The position numbers were made by a program, and so were the translations under genes. Source: Chiloscyllium plagiosum (lineage: Eukaryota). Taken from it: DNA of 64,000 nucleotides. Positions within the stretch are counted from its first letter, which is position 1; each line of letters starts with the position of its first letter. The notes under the pieces are model-generated. The model saw nothing but the letters and a program-made list of their open reading frames with translations. It searched no databases and was not told where the DNA came from. Location of the stretch: contig NC_057719.1 of the NCBI RefSeq assembly GCF_004010195.1, positions 58,029,823-58,093,822 of the forward strand, written 5' to 3'. This document shows positions 51,516-64,000 of the stretch, in pieces.

Positions 51516-54500
51516 TTAGTGAAAGTAGTAAAGAAGACCCCAAGAAGAGCCGAGGAGCTGCAGGAGAGTGCACAGCCTAGACAGGGGCTGGGCATGGAGT
51601 TAGTACCTGATCTCCACAAAGAATTCACCTCTGTGAGTAAAGTTTACTCAGAAAGAACAGGGGGAGAAGGACAAGAAATTATAATTTTGAGAGATACAGG
51701 ATCTAACCAGTCGCTGATAGTAAGGGATGAGCAAATATGCACTCTATCTGATCTGTTACTCGAGAGAATATAATTTGTGGGATAGATGGACACAAATGTA
51801 GCATTCCCCTGTGTAAGATCAGGTTGGAGTGCCAACTCAAGACTGGGGAAGTTACAGTGGGAGTGATTGACAGAGTGTCAGTTCCAGGAATTCAGTTTGT
51901 TCTTGGGAATGATTTAGCAGAATCCAAGGTAGGAGTGACACCCCTTGTTGTGGAGAAACCCAAGGAAGACCCAGAAAACGAGGAGTTAAAACTGGTGTTG
52001 TCCCAGACTGTGGGGTAACCAGGCCCCACTATCATAACTCACAGGACAAAGTGAAAAGTAAAGAGAAAGATGAAGGAGTTGAGGTTGAGTTAGCGGATAC
52101 CCTGTTTGATATAATGGTGCAGGATAAACCTGAACAGGCAGAGGGTCAGACAGAAGTGTTTACTCCTGAAAGACTAAGAGACTTGCAACAGCAAGACAAG
52201 ACAATAAAAGATATATACGTGGATGCGTACTCTGAAGAGGAGGCAGAGTGTGTTCCAGAGGGTTATTATCTGAAAGATAGAATCTTAAGGTGGAAATGGT
52301 TACCATGGCAGGTTAGTTCAGAACAGAAATGGGCTGAAGTGCACCAGGTTGTGTTGCCAGTAGCATACAGACAGGAAGTATTATAGGGTAGCACATGAAC
52401 TACCTGTAGGAGGTCACCTTAGGGTACAAAAGACTCTGGCTAAAGTACAAAAACATTTTTATTGGCCTGGAATGCACAAGGATATGGTTAACTTTTGCCG
52501 TACGTGTCACACATGCCAAATGGTAGGTAAGCGACAGGCGGTAATAAAACCAGCACCTTTTGTTGCCAATTCCCGCATTCGAAGAACATTTCACATGGGT
52601 TATAATTGATTGTGGGAACCAGTACTTGTTAACCGTAAAGGAGGTATCTACCAGATTTCTGGAGGCAATTCCATTATGGATTATCAAGGCAAAAAAGGGT
52701 GGTAGAGGAGTTAATAGCTTTCTTCACACGGTATGGAATACCCAGAGAGATTCAGTCGGACCAAAGGTCAAATTTTCCTGCTCGGCCGTTTGAGGTGGTA
52801 ATGGATAGCTTAGGTATTTAGCACCTTAAATTCAGTGCGTATTATCCTGAATCACAGGGAGCTTTAGAAAGGTGGCATCAGACCCTGAAAACCATGTTGA
52901 GAATATACTGTCAGGATTACCCAAATGATTGGGAAAAAGTACTGCTTGCCATTAGAGATGTCCTCAATGAATCTACTCAGTTCACTCCCTTTGAGTTAAT
53001 ATTTGGTCATGAAGTCAGAGGCCCTTTGAAATTAATTAAAGAAAAATTAGTAGGACCAAAGTCAGAGATTATGTATTGAAAGTGAGGGAGAGACTAAATA
53101 GAGTAGGTGAGTTAGCTAAACAGCATCTAAAAAGGGCACAGTATAGAATGAAGCAGGTGGTAGATAAAAGCTCTGAAACTCAGACATTTTCGCAAGGGGA
53201 TAATGTGTTAGTACTGTTACCAGTGATAGGAGATCCCTTCAAAGCCAGGTTTAGTGGACACTTTCAAATTGAGAAAAAAGAAGTTGAGTCAAGTGAACTA
53301 TCTAGTAAAGATGCCAGATAGAAAAGAAATGTATCGGATAAGTCATGTGAACATGTTGGAACCGTATTATACTAGAGTGAAAGAACTGGAGAAACATGTG
53401 TTAGTTACTGCCCCGCAGACTGAGGAATCAAATCCAGATGATGTGGATTTTGATGTGCCTTAAAGTAGATTAAAAAATGAAGTCCTTGAGGAGTGGGAAA
53501 GGTTAATAAGCTATCTGCCTCAGGAGCACAGAACACAACTGAAATATTTGTTACTGCAGTATAAGAGAATATATAGGAATCAGATGGGGAAGACTAATAT
53601 TATGAGACATGAAGTAGACATAGGGAATATGATTCTGATAAACAACACCCCTATCAGCTTAATCCTTTCAAACCCAGACAGGTCCAGGTGGAGGTGGAGA
53701 ACATGCTCAACAAGGACATCATCGAACCAAGCCAGAATGAGTGGAGTTTGCTGATCGTCTTAGTTCCCAAACCAGATGGGACTCAATGATTCTGCGTGGA
53801 TTATCGTAAGGTCAACACTGTTACAAAATCAGACTCATATCCAATTCCTGTACCAAGGACTGTACCAAGAAAGTTGGACAAGCCAGTTGCATCACCAAAT
53901 TGGACTTAATGCATAGTTACTGACAGGTACCTTTTATCAGAGACAGTGAAAGAAATTTCTGTGTTTGTAACCCCAAATGGGCTATATCAATTTAAAGTGA
54001 TGCCCTTTGGAATGAGAATGCACCCGCCACATTCCAAAGGCTCATGAACAGAGTTGTGCCTGGGTTAACAAACAATGCAGTCTATTTGGATGATATAGTG
54101 ATCTTTAATAAGTCTTGGAAAGATCACATGGTACAGTTGGCAGAGCTCTTTGAATGACTATGAGAAGCAAAACTGGTGATAAACTTAAATAAAACTGAAT
54201 TTGTGAAAGCAGAGGTGACGTTCTTGGGACATAACATCGGTCATGGAAGGTTGACCCCCATGGAACACAAAGACGAAGGCCATCAAGGAATTTGCACAAC
54301 CAACCTTCAATTCTTAGGACTCAGCAGATTCTATCGGAAGTTGTTCCAAACTTCAGCAGGGTAGTGGCACCATTGCTGAAGAAGAACACAAAGCTTTGAT
54401 GGACAGAACAATGCCAGGAGGTATTCAACCATCTGAAAGCCAATATTAACTACCAAACCAGTTTTAGCTATGCCAAACTTTTCAAAACCTTTTAAAGTTG

Positions 54501-55024
54501 CCCTTGATGCTAGTGACATGGGAGTTGAAACTATACTCCTACAGGAAGATAATGATGGGATTGAACTGCCAGTTGGTTACATTTTGAAGAAGATCAACAG
54601 TTTCCAGAGGAAATACTCCACAATTGAAAAGGAACTATTGAGTTTGGTACTGGCCTTACAACGTGTCACGAACAATGTGTCAGAGATGGTTGTGCACATG
54701 GATTACAATCTGCTTACATTCATAGAACGCTTTAAAGACAAGAATATGAGACTATTTCATTGGAGTCTTATGCGACAGACTTTTAATTTAAAAATCATAC
54801 ATGTTGCAGGCCATAGATGTAATTGCAGGCACACTGTCGCGGATTTGACTGGTAGAGTTTAGATGAGATTTGTATTTATTTAATGTCATATATATAGGTA
54901 AATGGAAGTTAAGGTGAACTCATATTAAAGTTATCTGTATGTTAGGGTAAAGTGTTTAAAAAATTGAAAAAAAAATGAAGCCAGCTTTTTATTATCATGG
55001 TTCATTTTTTCTTAATGGGGGAGG

Positions 55025-55751
55025 TGTTATGAAGATGTGGGTGTACTGTACTGTGGGTGTATTGTATCTGAGCTAGAAGTAACAGAACTACCTGACAGAA
55101 CCAAGTGTTCTGAAAAAAAATGTTACATTTGGTTGAACAACTAGATTAGCTAATTGCCTGGAAACAACAAAATAAACTGATTGGCCCAAGTCGAATTTAA
55201 GTTATACCCAAAAGATACCAAACTCCAATCCACTTTGAATTTAGTATATTGACAATCTTAAAAACCAATGACACAATCCAATGCTTTTGGGGGGGGGGGG
55301 GTATATAAGACCAGGAAAAATTGAACAGTTAAGAGGAGAACTGCCAAGCTACCAGCATGTGAAGACTGTCTGAAACATAGCTCTCTTAGAGGTACCTTTA
55401 TTGATCAATAGCCTGTGAAACAGAATCCTCAAGAAGAAGAAAACAAGACAGGAATACAGAGAAAACTGAAAGCTGCCTGGTTTTGAGATAAGAAGATTTA
55501 TTTTGTAAATCTTAGTTGGGAGTTTTATCAGACTAGTGTTGTGGAAGGAGAAGGTAAAAGGTAAGTTAAAGGAAGGAGTTGTAAATAGTTGTTAGATAAT
55601 TATTCTCTGTTATACTTTAAGAAATAAAGTTGTTAATTTTTACTTTAAATAGTTCTTGGCCTCTAAAATTTTCATAGACTACTGCATGGGATAAACCTTT
55701 TCTGTGTTGCTGCTTTAAATTAAGCAGAAGCGTTTACCTCACGTCATAACA
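55025..55751 (+). repeat. 3' LTR of the Gmr1-type element
   Basis: PPT at ~55014-55024. TGTTATGA...TCATAACA termini. CCAAT boxes (~55265, 55278), TATATAA (55302-55308), AATAAA (55623-55628). Confidence 0.85.
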
Positions 55752-58510
55752 ATAGTGAGAAAAGAGATCAGTCTGAGACTGGTACAGTTGGGAAAAGGAG
55801 AAAGTCAAACATGGTTAGGAAAATGGGACTGGGATATCATAGCAATTACAGAGACATGGGTCAGGAATGGACAAGACTGGCAGCTTAATGTTCCAGGATA
55901 CAAATGCTACAGAAAGGATAGAAAGGAAGGCAAGAGAGAAGGTGGAGTGGCATTTTAATAAGGGATAACATTATGGCTGTACTTTGGGAGAATATTCCTG
56001 TTATACATCCAGGGAAGTTATTTGGGTGGAACTGAGAAATAAGAAAGGGATGAATGCCTTACTGGGATTGTACAATAGTCAGCAGGAAATTGAGAAATGA
56101 ATTTGTAAGGAGATTTCAGTTATCTGTAAGAATAACAGGGTGGTAATAGTATGAAATTTTATCTTTCCAAACAGACTGGTACTGCAATAATATGAAGAGT
56201 TTAGATGGAGAAGAATTTGTTCAGTGTGTACAAGAAAATCTTCTGATTCATTATGTGGATATATCAACTAGAGAAAGTGCAAAACTTGACCTAGTCTTGG
56301 GAAATAAGGCAGTGTAAGTGACTGAGGTGTCAGTGGGAGAGCACTTTGGGTCCAGCGACCATAATTCCATTAGTTTTGAAATAATAAGGATCTAAAAGTT
56401 GAAGTTCTAAATTGGAGGTAGGCCAATTTTGATGGTATTAGGCAAGAACATTCATAAGTTGATTGGGTGCGGATGTTTGCAGGTAAAGGGATAGCTGGAA
56501 AATGACAAACCTTCAAAAATGAGACGAGAGTCCAGAGACAGTATATTCCTGTTAGGGTGTAAGAAAAGGCTGGTATGTGTCGGGAATGCTGGATGAATAC
56601 AGAAATTGAGATTTTGGTCAAGAAAAAGGAAGCATCGGTCAGGTACACACGGGAGAGATCGAATCCTTAGAAGAGTATAACGGCAGTAGGAGTATACTTA
56701 AGAGGGAAATCTTTGGCAAATAGGGTTAAAGAGAATCCAAAGGGATTTTATAAATATATTAATGACAAAAAGGGTAACTATGGAGAGAACAGATCAATAA
56801 AGATCAAAAGGCAGCCTATGTGTGGAACTGTAGAAGATGGGGGAGGTACTAAATGAGTATTTTGCATCAGTGTTTACTGTGGAGAAGGATATGGAAGATA
56901 CAGAATGTGAAGAAATAGATGGCGACATCTTGAAAAATGTCCATATTACAGTGCTGGATGTCTTAACCCACATAAAGAAGGATAAATCTCCAGGACCTGG
57001 TCAGGTGTACCTCAAACTCTGTGGCAAGTTGGTGAAGTGATTGCTGGGCCCCTTGCTGAGATATATGGATCATCAAAATCACAGGTGAGGTGCCGGAATA
57101 GTGGAGGTTGGCTAGTGTGGTGCCACTATTTCAGGAAGGTGGTAAGGAAAAGTTAGGGAACTATAGACTGGTGAGTCTGACATTGATGGTGGGCATGTTG
57201 TTGGAGGGAATCCTGATGGACAGGATTTACATGTATTTGAACAGGCAAGGACACATTAGGGATAGTCAACATAGCTTTGTGAGTGGGAAAACATGTCTTA
57301 TTAACTTGATTGCGTATTTTGAAGAAATAACAAAGAGGATTGATGAGGACAAAGCAATGGATGTGATCTAGATGGAGTTCAGTTAGGCATTTGACAAGGT
57401 TCCTCATTGTAAACTGGTTAGCAAGGTTAGATCACATGGAATCCAGGGAGAAATAGCCATTTAGATACAGAACTGGCTTGTAGAAAGAGGATGGTGGAGG
57501 GTTGTTTTTCAGACTGGAGGCTTGTGACCAGTGGTGTGCCACAAGGGTTAATGCTGGGTCCACTGCTTTTCATCATTTACATAAACGATTTGGATGTGAA
57601 TATAGGAGGTAGAGTTTGTAAGTTTGCAGATGACACCAAAATTGGAGATGTCGTGGACAGCGAAGATTATCTCGGAGTATAACGGGAGTTTGATCAGATG
57701 GATCAATGGGCAAAGGAGAGGCAGATAGAGTTTCATTTAGATAAATTTGAAGTGCTGCACGTTGAAAAGGCAAATCATAGACTTAATGGTAAGGTCCTGG
57801 GTAGTGTTGCTCAACAAAGAGATCTTGGATTGCAGGTTCACAGTTCCTTGACAGTAGATAGTAGGTAGACAGGATAGTGAATAAGGCGTTCATTATGCTT
57901 TCCTTAATTGGTCAAAACATTGAGTAAGGAGTTGGGAGGTCATTTTGTAGCGAGGACATTGGTTAAGTCACTTTTGAAATACTGTGTGCAATTCTGGTCA
58001 CCCTGCTATCGGAAGGATGTTGTGAAACTTGAAAGGGTTCAGAATAGATTTACAAGTATGTTGCCAGGATCGAGGGTTTGAGCTATAGGGAGAGGCTGAA
58101 TAGGTTTCTCTGGAGCGTCAGAAGGTGACAAGTGACCATACAGAGATTTATAAAATCATGAAGGGCATGGAGAGGGTAAATATACAAGGTCTTTTCCCTG
58201 AGTTAGGGGAGTCCAGAACCAGAGGGCATAGGTTTAGGGTGGCAGAGGAAGGAATAAGAAGGGACCTAATGGGCAACTTTTCATGCAAAGGATAGTGCAT
58301 GAATGAAACAAGCTGTCAGAGAAAGTGGTGGAGGCTGAAACAATTGCAACATCTAAAAGGCATCTGGATGGGTATATGAATGGGAAGGATTTAGAGGAAT
58401 ATGGGCCTATATTGCTGGCAAATAGGACAGGATTAGGTTAGGATATCTAGTTGGCATGAATGAGTTGGACTGAAGGGTGTGTTTCCATGCTATACATCTC
58501 TGTGACTCTA
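55752..58510 (+). mobile_element. full-length CR1 LINE, 3' part (ORF2 APE + RT, degenerate)
   Basis: DIIAITETW, GVPQGLMLGP, KFADDTK, CR1 tail ending gactct. Many stops and frameshifts. Confidence 0.9.
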
Positions 58511-58644
58511 AGATGCTTATTAAAAACAAATTCTTCAACCAAACTTGGCTCTGTATCCTGATGTGTTTTTAAGCAGTTTGTTGTCGTGTTTTACTTGATG
58601 CAGCTCCTGCCAAGTACCTTAGCACATGTTACATTAAAAAAAGT

Positions 58645-60450
58645 ATTTTCTGAAATGGATGACACTTTGATCACAGGCCCTGCCTGCCTGTCAGGTGGAC
58701 ATAAAGATCACATGGCACCACTTCAAAGAAGATCAGAGTTATGACATCTGCGACCAGTTTGAACTGGTCTCAGGAGCCAAGGTAAATTGAGGGAAGAGTC
58801 TGGCTATGTTCTTTGGGAACTTGGCCAACTGATCCTTTGGCCTATTCACGATCAACTCAGAACTTCTGAAGATGCTGGGTATATTGCTTGTACAGGCCAG
58901 GGCTTGCACCAAAACTTGGGAGGAGCATATTGCCAAAGTGAGACAGAAACTGGGCACATCGGAGCACCACTCCCTCTCCACTGGAGGTAAAAGCTTAGCC
59001 ATGAGGTATGAAGTATTCTCTGTGTTGCAATATATGACGCAGGTCTGACCTATTCCCGGTTATGTGCCAATGCAGTCACCTGAGCCACCTTTCACTTCAT
59101 CTGGTGAACAAAGATGGAACGGGTCCATAGGGACACCATCTACAAAGCTCTGGATAAGTGGAGGAGGATGATATCCAATGCCACCCTCATCCTGATGGCC
59201 ATCTTTTTTGTGTGACTGCATTAAGCTGTATATAAACCCTCGGTACATATACACCAAGTGTCACTACATATTGAGGTTCTACTTGTCCCTGGTGTTACAA
59301 AGGGTAGGCATGGCCCTGTGGCCATAGAACATTCCAAGTAGTTGGATCGTTCCACAATACCTGTCCCTCAAGGAGAAATTTATAAAAGAAAAACATCTTT
59401 GGCCACAAGTCTATCTGGCAGCTATCAACATGTGACGTTCTCATGACTCAGTGGGAAAAAGAGATGGCTGATCCTGTCATGTGGTTCCCTGAGCAGACCA
59501 TCAAAGTCACTTGGCAGAATGCCTCAATACCAGAACATTCTAACAAGCACTGAGACATTGCTTGGCTGGTGGTGAGACAGGGCACTTCCTTAGAGATCCT
59601 TTGCCACCTCATGGTGCCTTTGAAGCAGGTGCACTGACAAAGAGACTGTCACACATCTCTTTCTGGAATGTACTTTTTCAAAGATAGCGTTGAGAGAAAT
59701 GCAATAGTTTTTGCTGAGGTTCATCTGGGAGCAGCTCTGTGACACAGGACTCTGTGTTCTGCTGTTTGTTCCCTGGAATGTGCACCATGACCAAAATCGA
59801 CGGCGTCTGGAAGATCATCAATTCGGTGAACGATCCTCTTTGGTCTGCCCGAAACTTGTTGGTATTCCAGTGTAAAGAGTTGACCTCAACTGAGTGTTGT
59901 AGACTGACATATTCCAAGGTCCAGGACTCTGTGCTAAAGGACACACATCTGGGGCAGCTGCTGACAAGGCGCAGTGAGGAAAGACCACCATTTAAGGTCT
60001 TTGTGCCAAAGTATAATGGGGATTCATTCAGTTATCAGAGCCTCTTGGTGCCTCAAATGGATGGAAATATGGTCTTGCATGACTAAGAAATGCCTTTTTT
60101 TTAAACTGCAGAGAATGCCATTTCCTAGTGTTTATTTGTTCTTCATGTACAGTACTGATTCAGTAACTGTAAATGTGCATAAAAGTTTTTTTTAAAGAAT
60201 AAATTACATTTTGCAACAAGAAAAAAGTCTGGGAGGTGGTCATAGTGGCCTGCCCAATATTTATCACTCACTCACCATCACAACATCAGATTACATTGTG
60301 ATTATTACATTGCTGTTTGTGGAGGCATGTTGTGCAGTATTTGGCTAAGAAGTTTCCTACCTTAAATCAGTGACTACATTTTAAAATATTTTGTTTGCTG
60401 TCAAAGCACTTTGAGAAGTTAGATGGTTGTGAAAGATGCTCCAGAAATGA
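58645..60450 (+). mobile_element. Deu-domain SINE (SacSINE1/AmnSINE1-like) split by a Tx1 insertion
   Basis: tcaggtggacataaagatcacatggcac (~58690-58720) continues at ~60240 with ccaatatttatc..acattgctgtttgtgg..cagtgactaca..aaagcactttg. Confidence 0.7.
58741..60226 (+). mobile_element. 5'-truncated Tx1/L1-clade LINE
   Basis: ICDQFELVSGAKVN, WKIINSVNDPLWSARNLLVFQ. aataaa plus A tail at ~60198-60226. Homologous to 46450-48097. Confidence 0.85.
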
Positions 60451-60529
60451 CTCTTATTCCATTTACACAAATGTATACATTTTTGCTAATGTTTAGCATT
60501 ACATTCTTTCAAGGTTCCATCTCAGAAAC

Positions 60530-60830
60530 TAATGCGACAAAGAAGAATGACTAAAAGATTAATCGAGAGAAATAAATTAACATATGAGAGAAGGCTAACA
60601 ACGTATAAAAACAGTCTGAAAGTTTCGAGAGGTATTTAGAAGGCAAAAGAGTAAATAGTGATTGTTGGTCCACCAAAGTGAGAGAATTGGGACTGTATTG
60701 TAGATAATAAAGAAATAGCAACTGAAATGAACAAATATTTCGCTTCTATCTTTATTATAAGAAATACAAAAACATTCCAGCAAATCAAGAGATGGAAGGG
60801 AGAGAGGAACTCAGTAAAATTACAATCACC
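60530..60830 (+). mobile_element. CR1 ORF2 internal fragment
   Basis: KINREKI..KEIATEMNKYFASIF-like segment. Confidence 0.55.
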
Positions 60831-60851
60831 AATGCTGAAAATCTAGACAAA

Positions 60852-62128
60852 GGGGTAGTATTATTGTAACTGATCTAATAATCCAGACCCAGGACCTAAT
60901 TCCACTGTGACAGATGATGTAATCTGGAATTTCATAAAGCAGGAAATGAATTTAAATTTAAAATCTGGAATTAAAAAGTCCAATGATAACTTGAAACCAT
61001 TGTTGATTGTCATAAAGCCCATGTGGTTTACTAATGTCCTGTTAGGAAGGAAATCTGCCTTAAATAGTCTGCCGAAATGTGACTCCAGAGCCACAGCAAC
61101 ATAGTTTACTCTTATCTGCCCTCTGAAATGGTATACAAGCCACTCAGTTATATTAAATCACTAAAAAGGCTCAAAGGAATGACCTGGACAAACCACCTGG
61201 TATCAATCAAGGCTCAAAAAATGACAAGGACAAATATGGCTCAGTCGATCCCACAAAGTCCTTTTGCTAATGTCTGGGTGCTTGTACCAAAGTTTGGACA
61301 TCTGTCTCACAGACCAGTCAAACAACAGTCTAACACAGTGGAACTCTTGGAATTGTACCTTACAGACATTATCCGGATACAGCTATCATCTTCCCTGGGT
61401 ATTTCCTGTCCAAACGACAAGACAGAACCAGCTGAGCTGGCAGCATCACAGTGGCACAGAATTGGGAGGAAATGCTCTGGGATTTCTCAACATTGACTCC
61501 AGACCCTATGAAGTCTCATGGAATCAGGACAAACATGGGCAAGGAAAATGCCAGTGACTACCATGTATGCCCTATCTCAACTGATGAATGAGTACTTCTC
61601 CATATTGAATATCACATGTGGCAAGGGCACAGTACATACTCTGGGTAGCGACATCAATGTCCATTACCAAGAGTAACACAGCAGCACATCATGATAGTAA
61701 AATTCTAAAGGACACTGCTGCTAAGCTGGGTCTGCAGCAGCTGGTCAAGGTACTTAAAGAAAAAGAGAAAAACATACTTGACTTCAATCTCACCAATCTG
61801 CCAGCCACTGGTGTATCTGTCCATCATGGTGTCTGCAGGGGTGCTTTCGTCATTTGTGGATACAATGCTTCATGATGTCGTGTGGCACCATTACCATGCT
61901 GAATGGGACAGACTTTGAACAGATTTAGTAATTCAAGATTGACATCTATGAGATTTAGCCGACCATTAATACCTGCAGAATTGTACTCAAACACAATCTG
62001 CAACCTCATGGTCCAGCATAGTCTCAACTCGACCATCATCATCAAGCAAGGGATTGATCCTGGATCAATGAGGAGTGCAAAGGGCATGACAGGAGCAGCA
62101 CCAGACATAACTAAACAAAATGAGAGGT
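60852..62128 (+). mobile_element. tRNA-headed LINE, 5' part with AP endonuclease
   Basis: Head matches 3270-3540. Downstream ANVWVLVPKFGHLSHR, LNIDSRPYEVSWNQ, NILDFNLTNLP. Confidence 0.7.
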
Positions 62129-62140
62129 AAGAGCCAAAGC

Positions 62141-62240
62141 AATGTTTTGGGCAAGACCCCTTCACCAGGACTTCCCTCTTGCCCAAAACATTAATTCTCC
62201 TGCTCCTTGGATTCTGCCTGACCTTCTGTGCTTTTCCAGG
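62141..62240. mobile_element. small fold-back Penelope-terminus remnant with decayed hammerhead motifs
   Basis: aatgttttgggcaaga / tcttgcccaaaacatt inverted pair, followed by the usual attctcctgctcc terminus. Confidence 0.65.
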
Positions 62241-62264
62241 ACCCAGGAAGGATTCAAGGTAATC

Positions 62265-64000
62265 CATGATGGAGGACTGGAAAAATTTCTGGCTGTAACA
62301 GGCTGCTTCTTTTTTGAGGTATTTTAGGTGTTGGAGGTGATTTCCTCAAATTCCAGAGCAGCAATTACTGTTTTATATGCTGTTGCAATTGTATTGGAAC
62401 TTTGAAAAACAACAGCATTTTTAAAAAGGAAAAGGACTGACAAAGGCAGTGAGCACATGGTCTGTAAGGGAGAGAGAGAGAGAAAGAAACCCACACTGCT
62501 ACCTGACACAATAGTGAATCTGCACAGTTACTGCCTTTGCTGTTTGAATTAATGTATCACTGGAGATCGGAGTGTGTCTAGGAAAACGTAAACAGCGAAA
62601 TTCACAAATGATCTTTAAGGAACCTGTTTGGGAGAGGTCACAGCACAGAAACAGATAACTAAATAGTTTTAAGTATAGCCTTGCTGTATATCTACAATAC
62701 TGAGTAGAGTGGGTTCTTTCTTGATTATATTATTTATTAGGATCGGTCTCTTGATTAAATTTTAAAATTATAAGCCATAAATATTAAGTTAGCTGGGAGC
62801 AGTGTTTTGTTGAGCAATAAGACGGTGCTATTTTCTGGGTCTGTAGATTGGAAGGAGCAAAATGGCCTTTAGTAAAGTGATATGCACTTCCTGTTGGGTG
62901 TGGGAGTTTCAGGAGAGTTTAAGGGTTACTGAGGATTATATCTGCAATAAATGTCATTAGTTGTGAATCCTGTCAGAGTGAATGGATTGGTTAGAACGAT
63001 AGTTAGAGGCAATGAGGAATTTGCCAGAGCTAGGATGTATGACGGATGACAATTATAGGAAGGGAGAAAAGCTGTAGATACAGTCAGGTAGATGGGTTAA
63101 CTCCAAGAAAGTGAGAAGAGGTAGGTGGGTAATGCAGGATTCTTCTGTGGCTATTACCATTTCAAACAAGCATGCTGTTTTGGAAAGTGTAGTGGTGATG
63201 GACTTTCAAGGTAATGTAGCATGAACAGCCAAGTTTCTGGTATCAAGACTGCTCTAATGTAATGAGGGGTACATTGGGTTCCAAGTGATCGATTGTGTTT
63301 GAGGACACTCTAGTCAGGGGTACAGATAGACATTGCTACGGCCAGCAGCAAAACATCAGAATGGTGTGTTGCCTCCCTGGTGCCAGCAGAAAGGATTTCT
63401 TAGAGAGGGTGCAGAATGCTCTCAAAGGGGAGAGGGACCAGCAGGAGGTCATTGTACACCTTGTTACCAATGGCATAGGAAGGGAAAAGGATAAGATTCT
63501 GAAGGGAGAATATAGAAAGTTATGCAGGAATTTAAAAAGGTCCTCAAGGGTAATAATATCTGGATTACTCCTGGTGCTACAAGCTACTGAGGGTAGGACT
63601 AGGAGGATAGAACAGATGAATGCGTGGTTGAAGAGCTGGTTTATGGGAGAAGGATTCACATTTTTGGATCATAGGAATCTCTTCTAGGATAGAAGTGACC
63701 TATATAAGAAGGACAGATTGCACCTGAATTGGAATGGGACGAACATACTGGCAGGGATATTTGCTAGAGCTGCTCAGAAGGATTAAACTAGTAAGGAGGG
63801 TGGGGGAGGGGGCGTGGTGGGGGACCCAGGGAAATACTGAGGAAAGAGATCAATCTGAGACTGGTACAGTTGAGAAGACATGCGAGTCAAATAGTCAGGG
63901 CAGGCAGGACCAAAGCAGAGGACAAGGTAGAACTGATCAATTAAACTGCATTTATTTCAATGCAAGAGGCCTAACAATGAAGGCAGATGAATTCAGGGCA
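62265..64000 (+). mobile_element. CR1 LINE 5' part (5'UTR, ORF1 esterase, start of ORF2), runs off the window
   Basis: ORF 63295-63687 VCCLPGA..VIISGLL..MNAWLKSW. LNCIYFNARGL at the window end. Confidence 0.9.

Larger units (their letters stand above)
50343..55751 (+). mobile_element. Gmr1-type Ty3/Gypsy LTR retrotransposon (gag knuckle-PR-IN-RT-RH-PPT-3'LTR), degenerate, 5' LTR missing
   Basis: Knuckle remnant FHWGKVGHVKSHC (~50355). LRDTGS (~51690). HHCC motif H..GGHL..YWPGM..CHTC (~52390-52516). CVDYRKVN (~53795). YLDD (54083-54094). RNase H ALDASD/YSTIEKE (54470-54850). Confidence 0.9.

Noticed and set aside
1..64000. CRISPR arrays, operons or other prokaryotic systems
   Set aside because: The DNA is vertebrate and repeat-rich. 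No regularly spaced repeat-spacer array or intact non-TE gene was seen. The short ORFs are mostly antisense or off-frame readings of transposons.

Overview
Eukaryotic DNA from an elasmobranch (shark), judged from HE1-type tRNA SINEs, HER1/CR1 LINEs and a Deu-domain SINE; the species cannot be fixed from sequence alone. No host protein-coding gene could be recognised. The window is intergenic or intronic and dominated by nested transposon relics: CR1 LINEs (two with 5'UTR plus esterase ORF1, one young near-intact ORF2), Tx1/L1-clade LINEs, four Ty3/Gypsy relics (one with the Gmr1-type PR-IN-RT-RH order), a solo LTR, Penelope-like elements, a Tc1/mariner MITE and Harbinger-like Myb remnants. There are two assembly gaps. 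Most notable: (1) recurrent minimal hammerhead-ribozyme motifs in Penelope termini, including a tandem pair and 96-207 bp TSD-flanked mini-inserts; (2) a LINE family with a tRNA-like 5' head and its head+tail SINE derivative; (3) a Gypsy insertion with only one LTR end; (4) two local inverted duplications. All family names come from motif recognition by eye, not database searches. Boundaries are approximate unless TSDs or TIRs are given.
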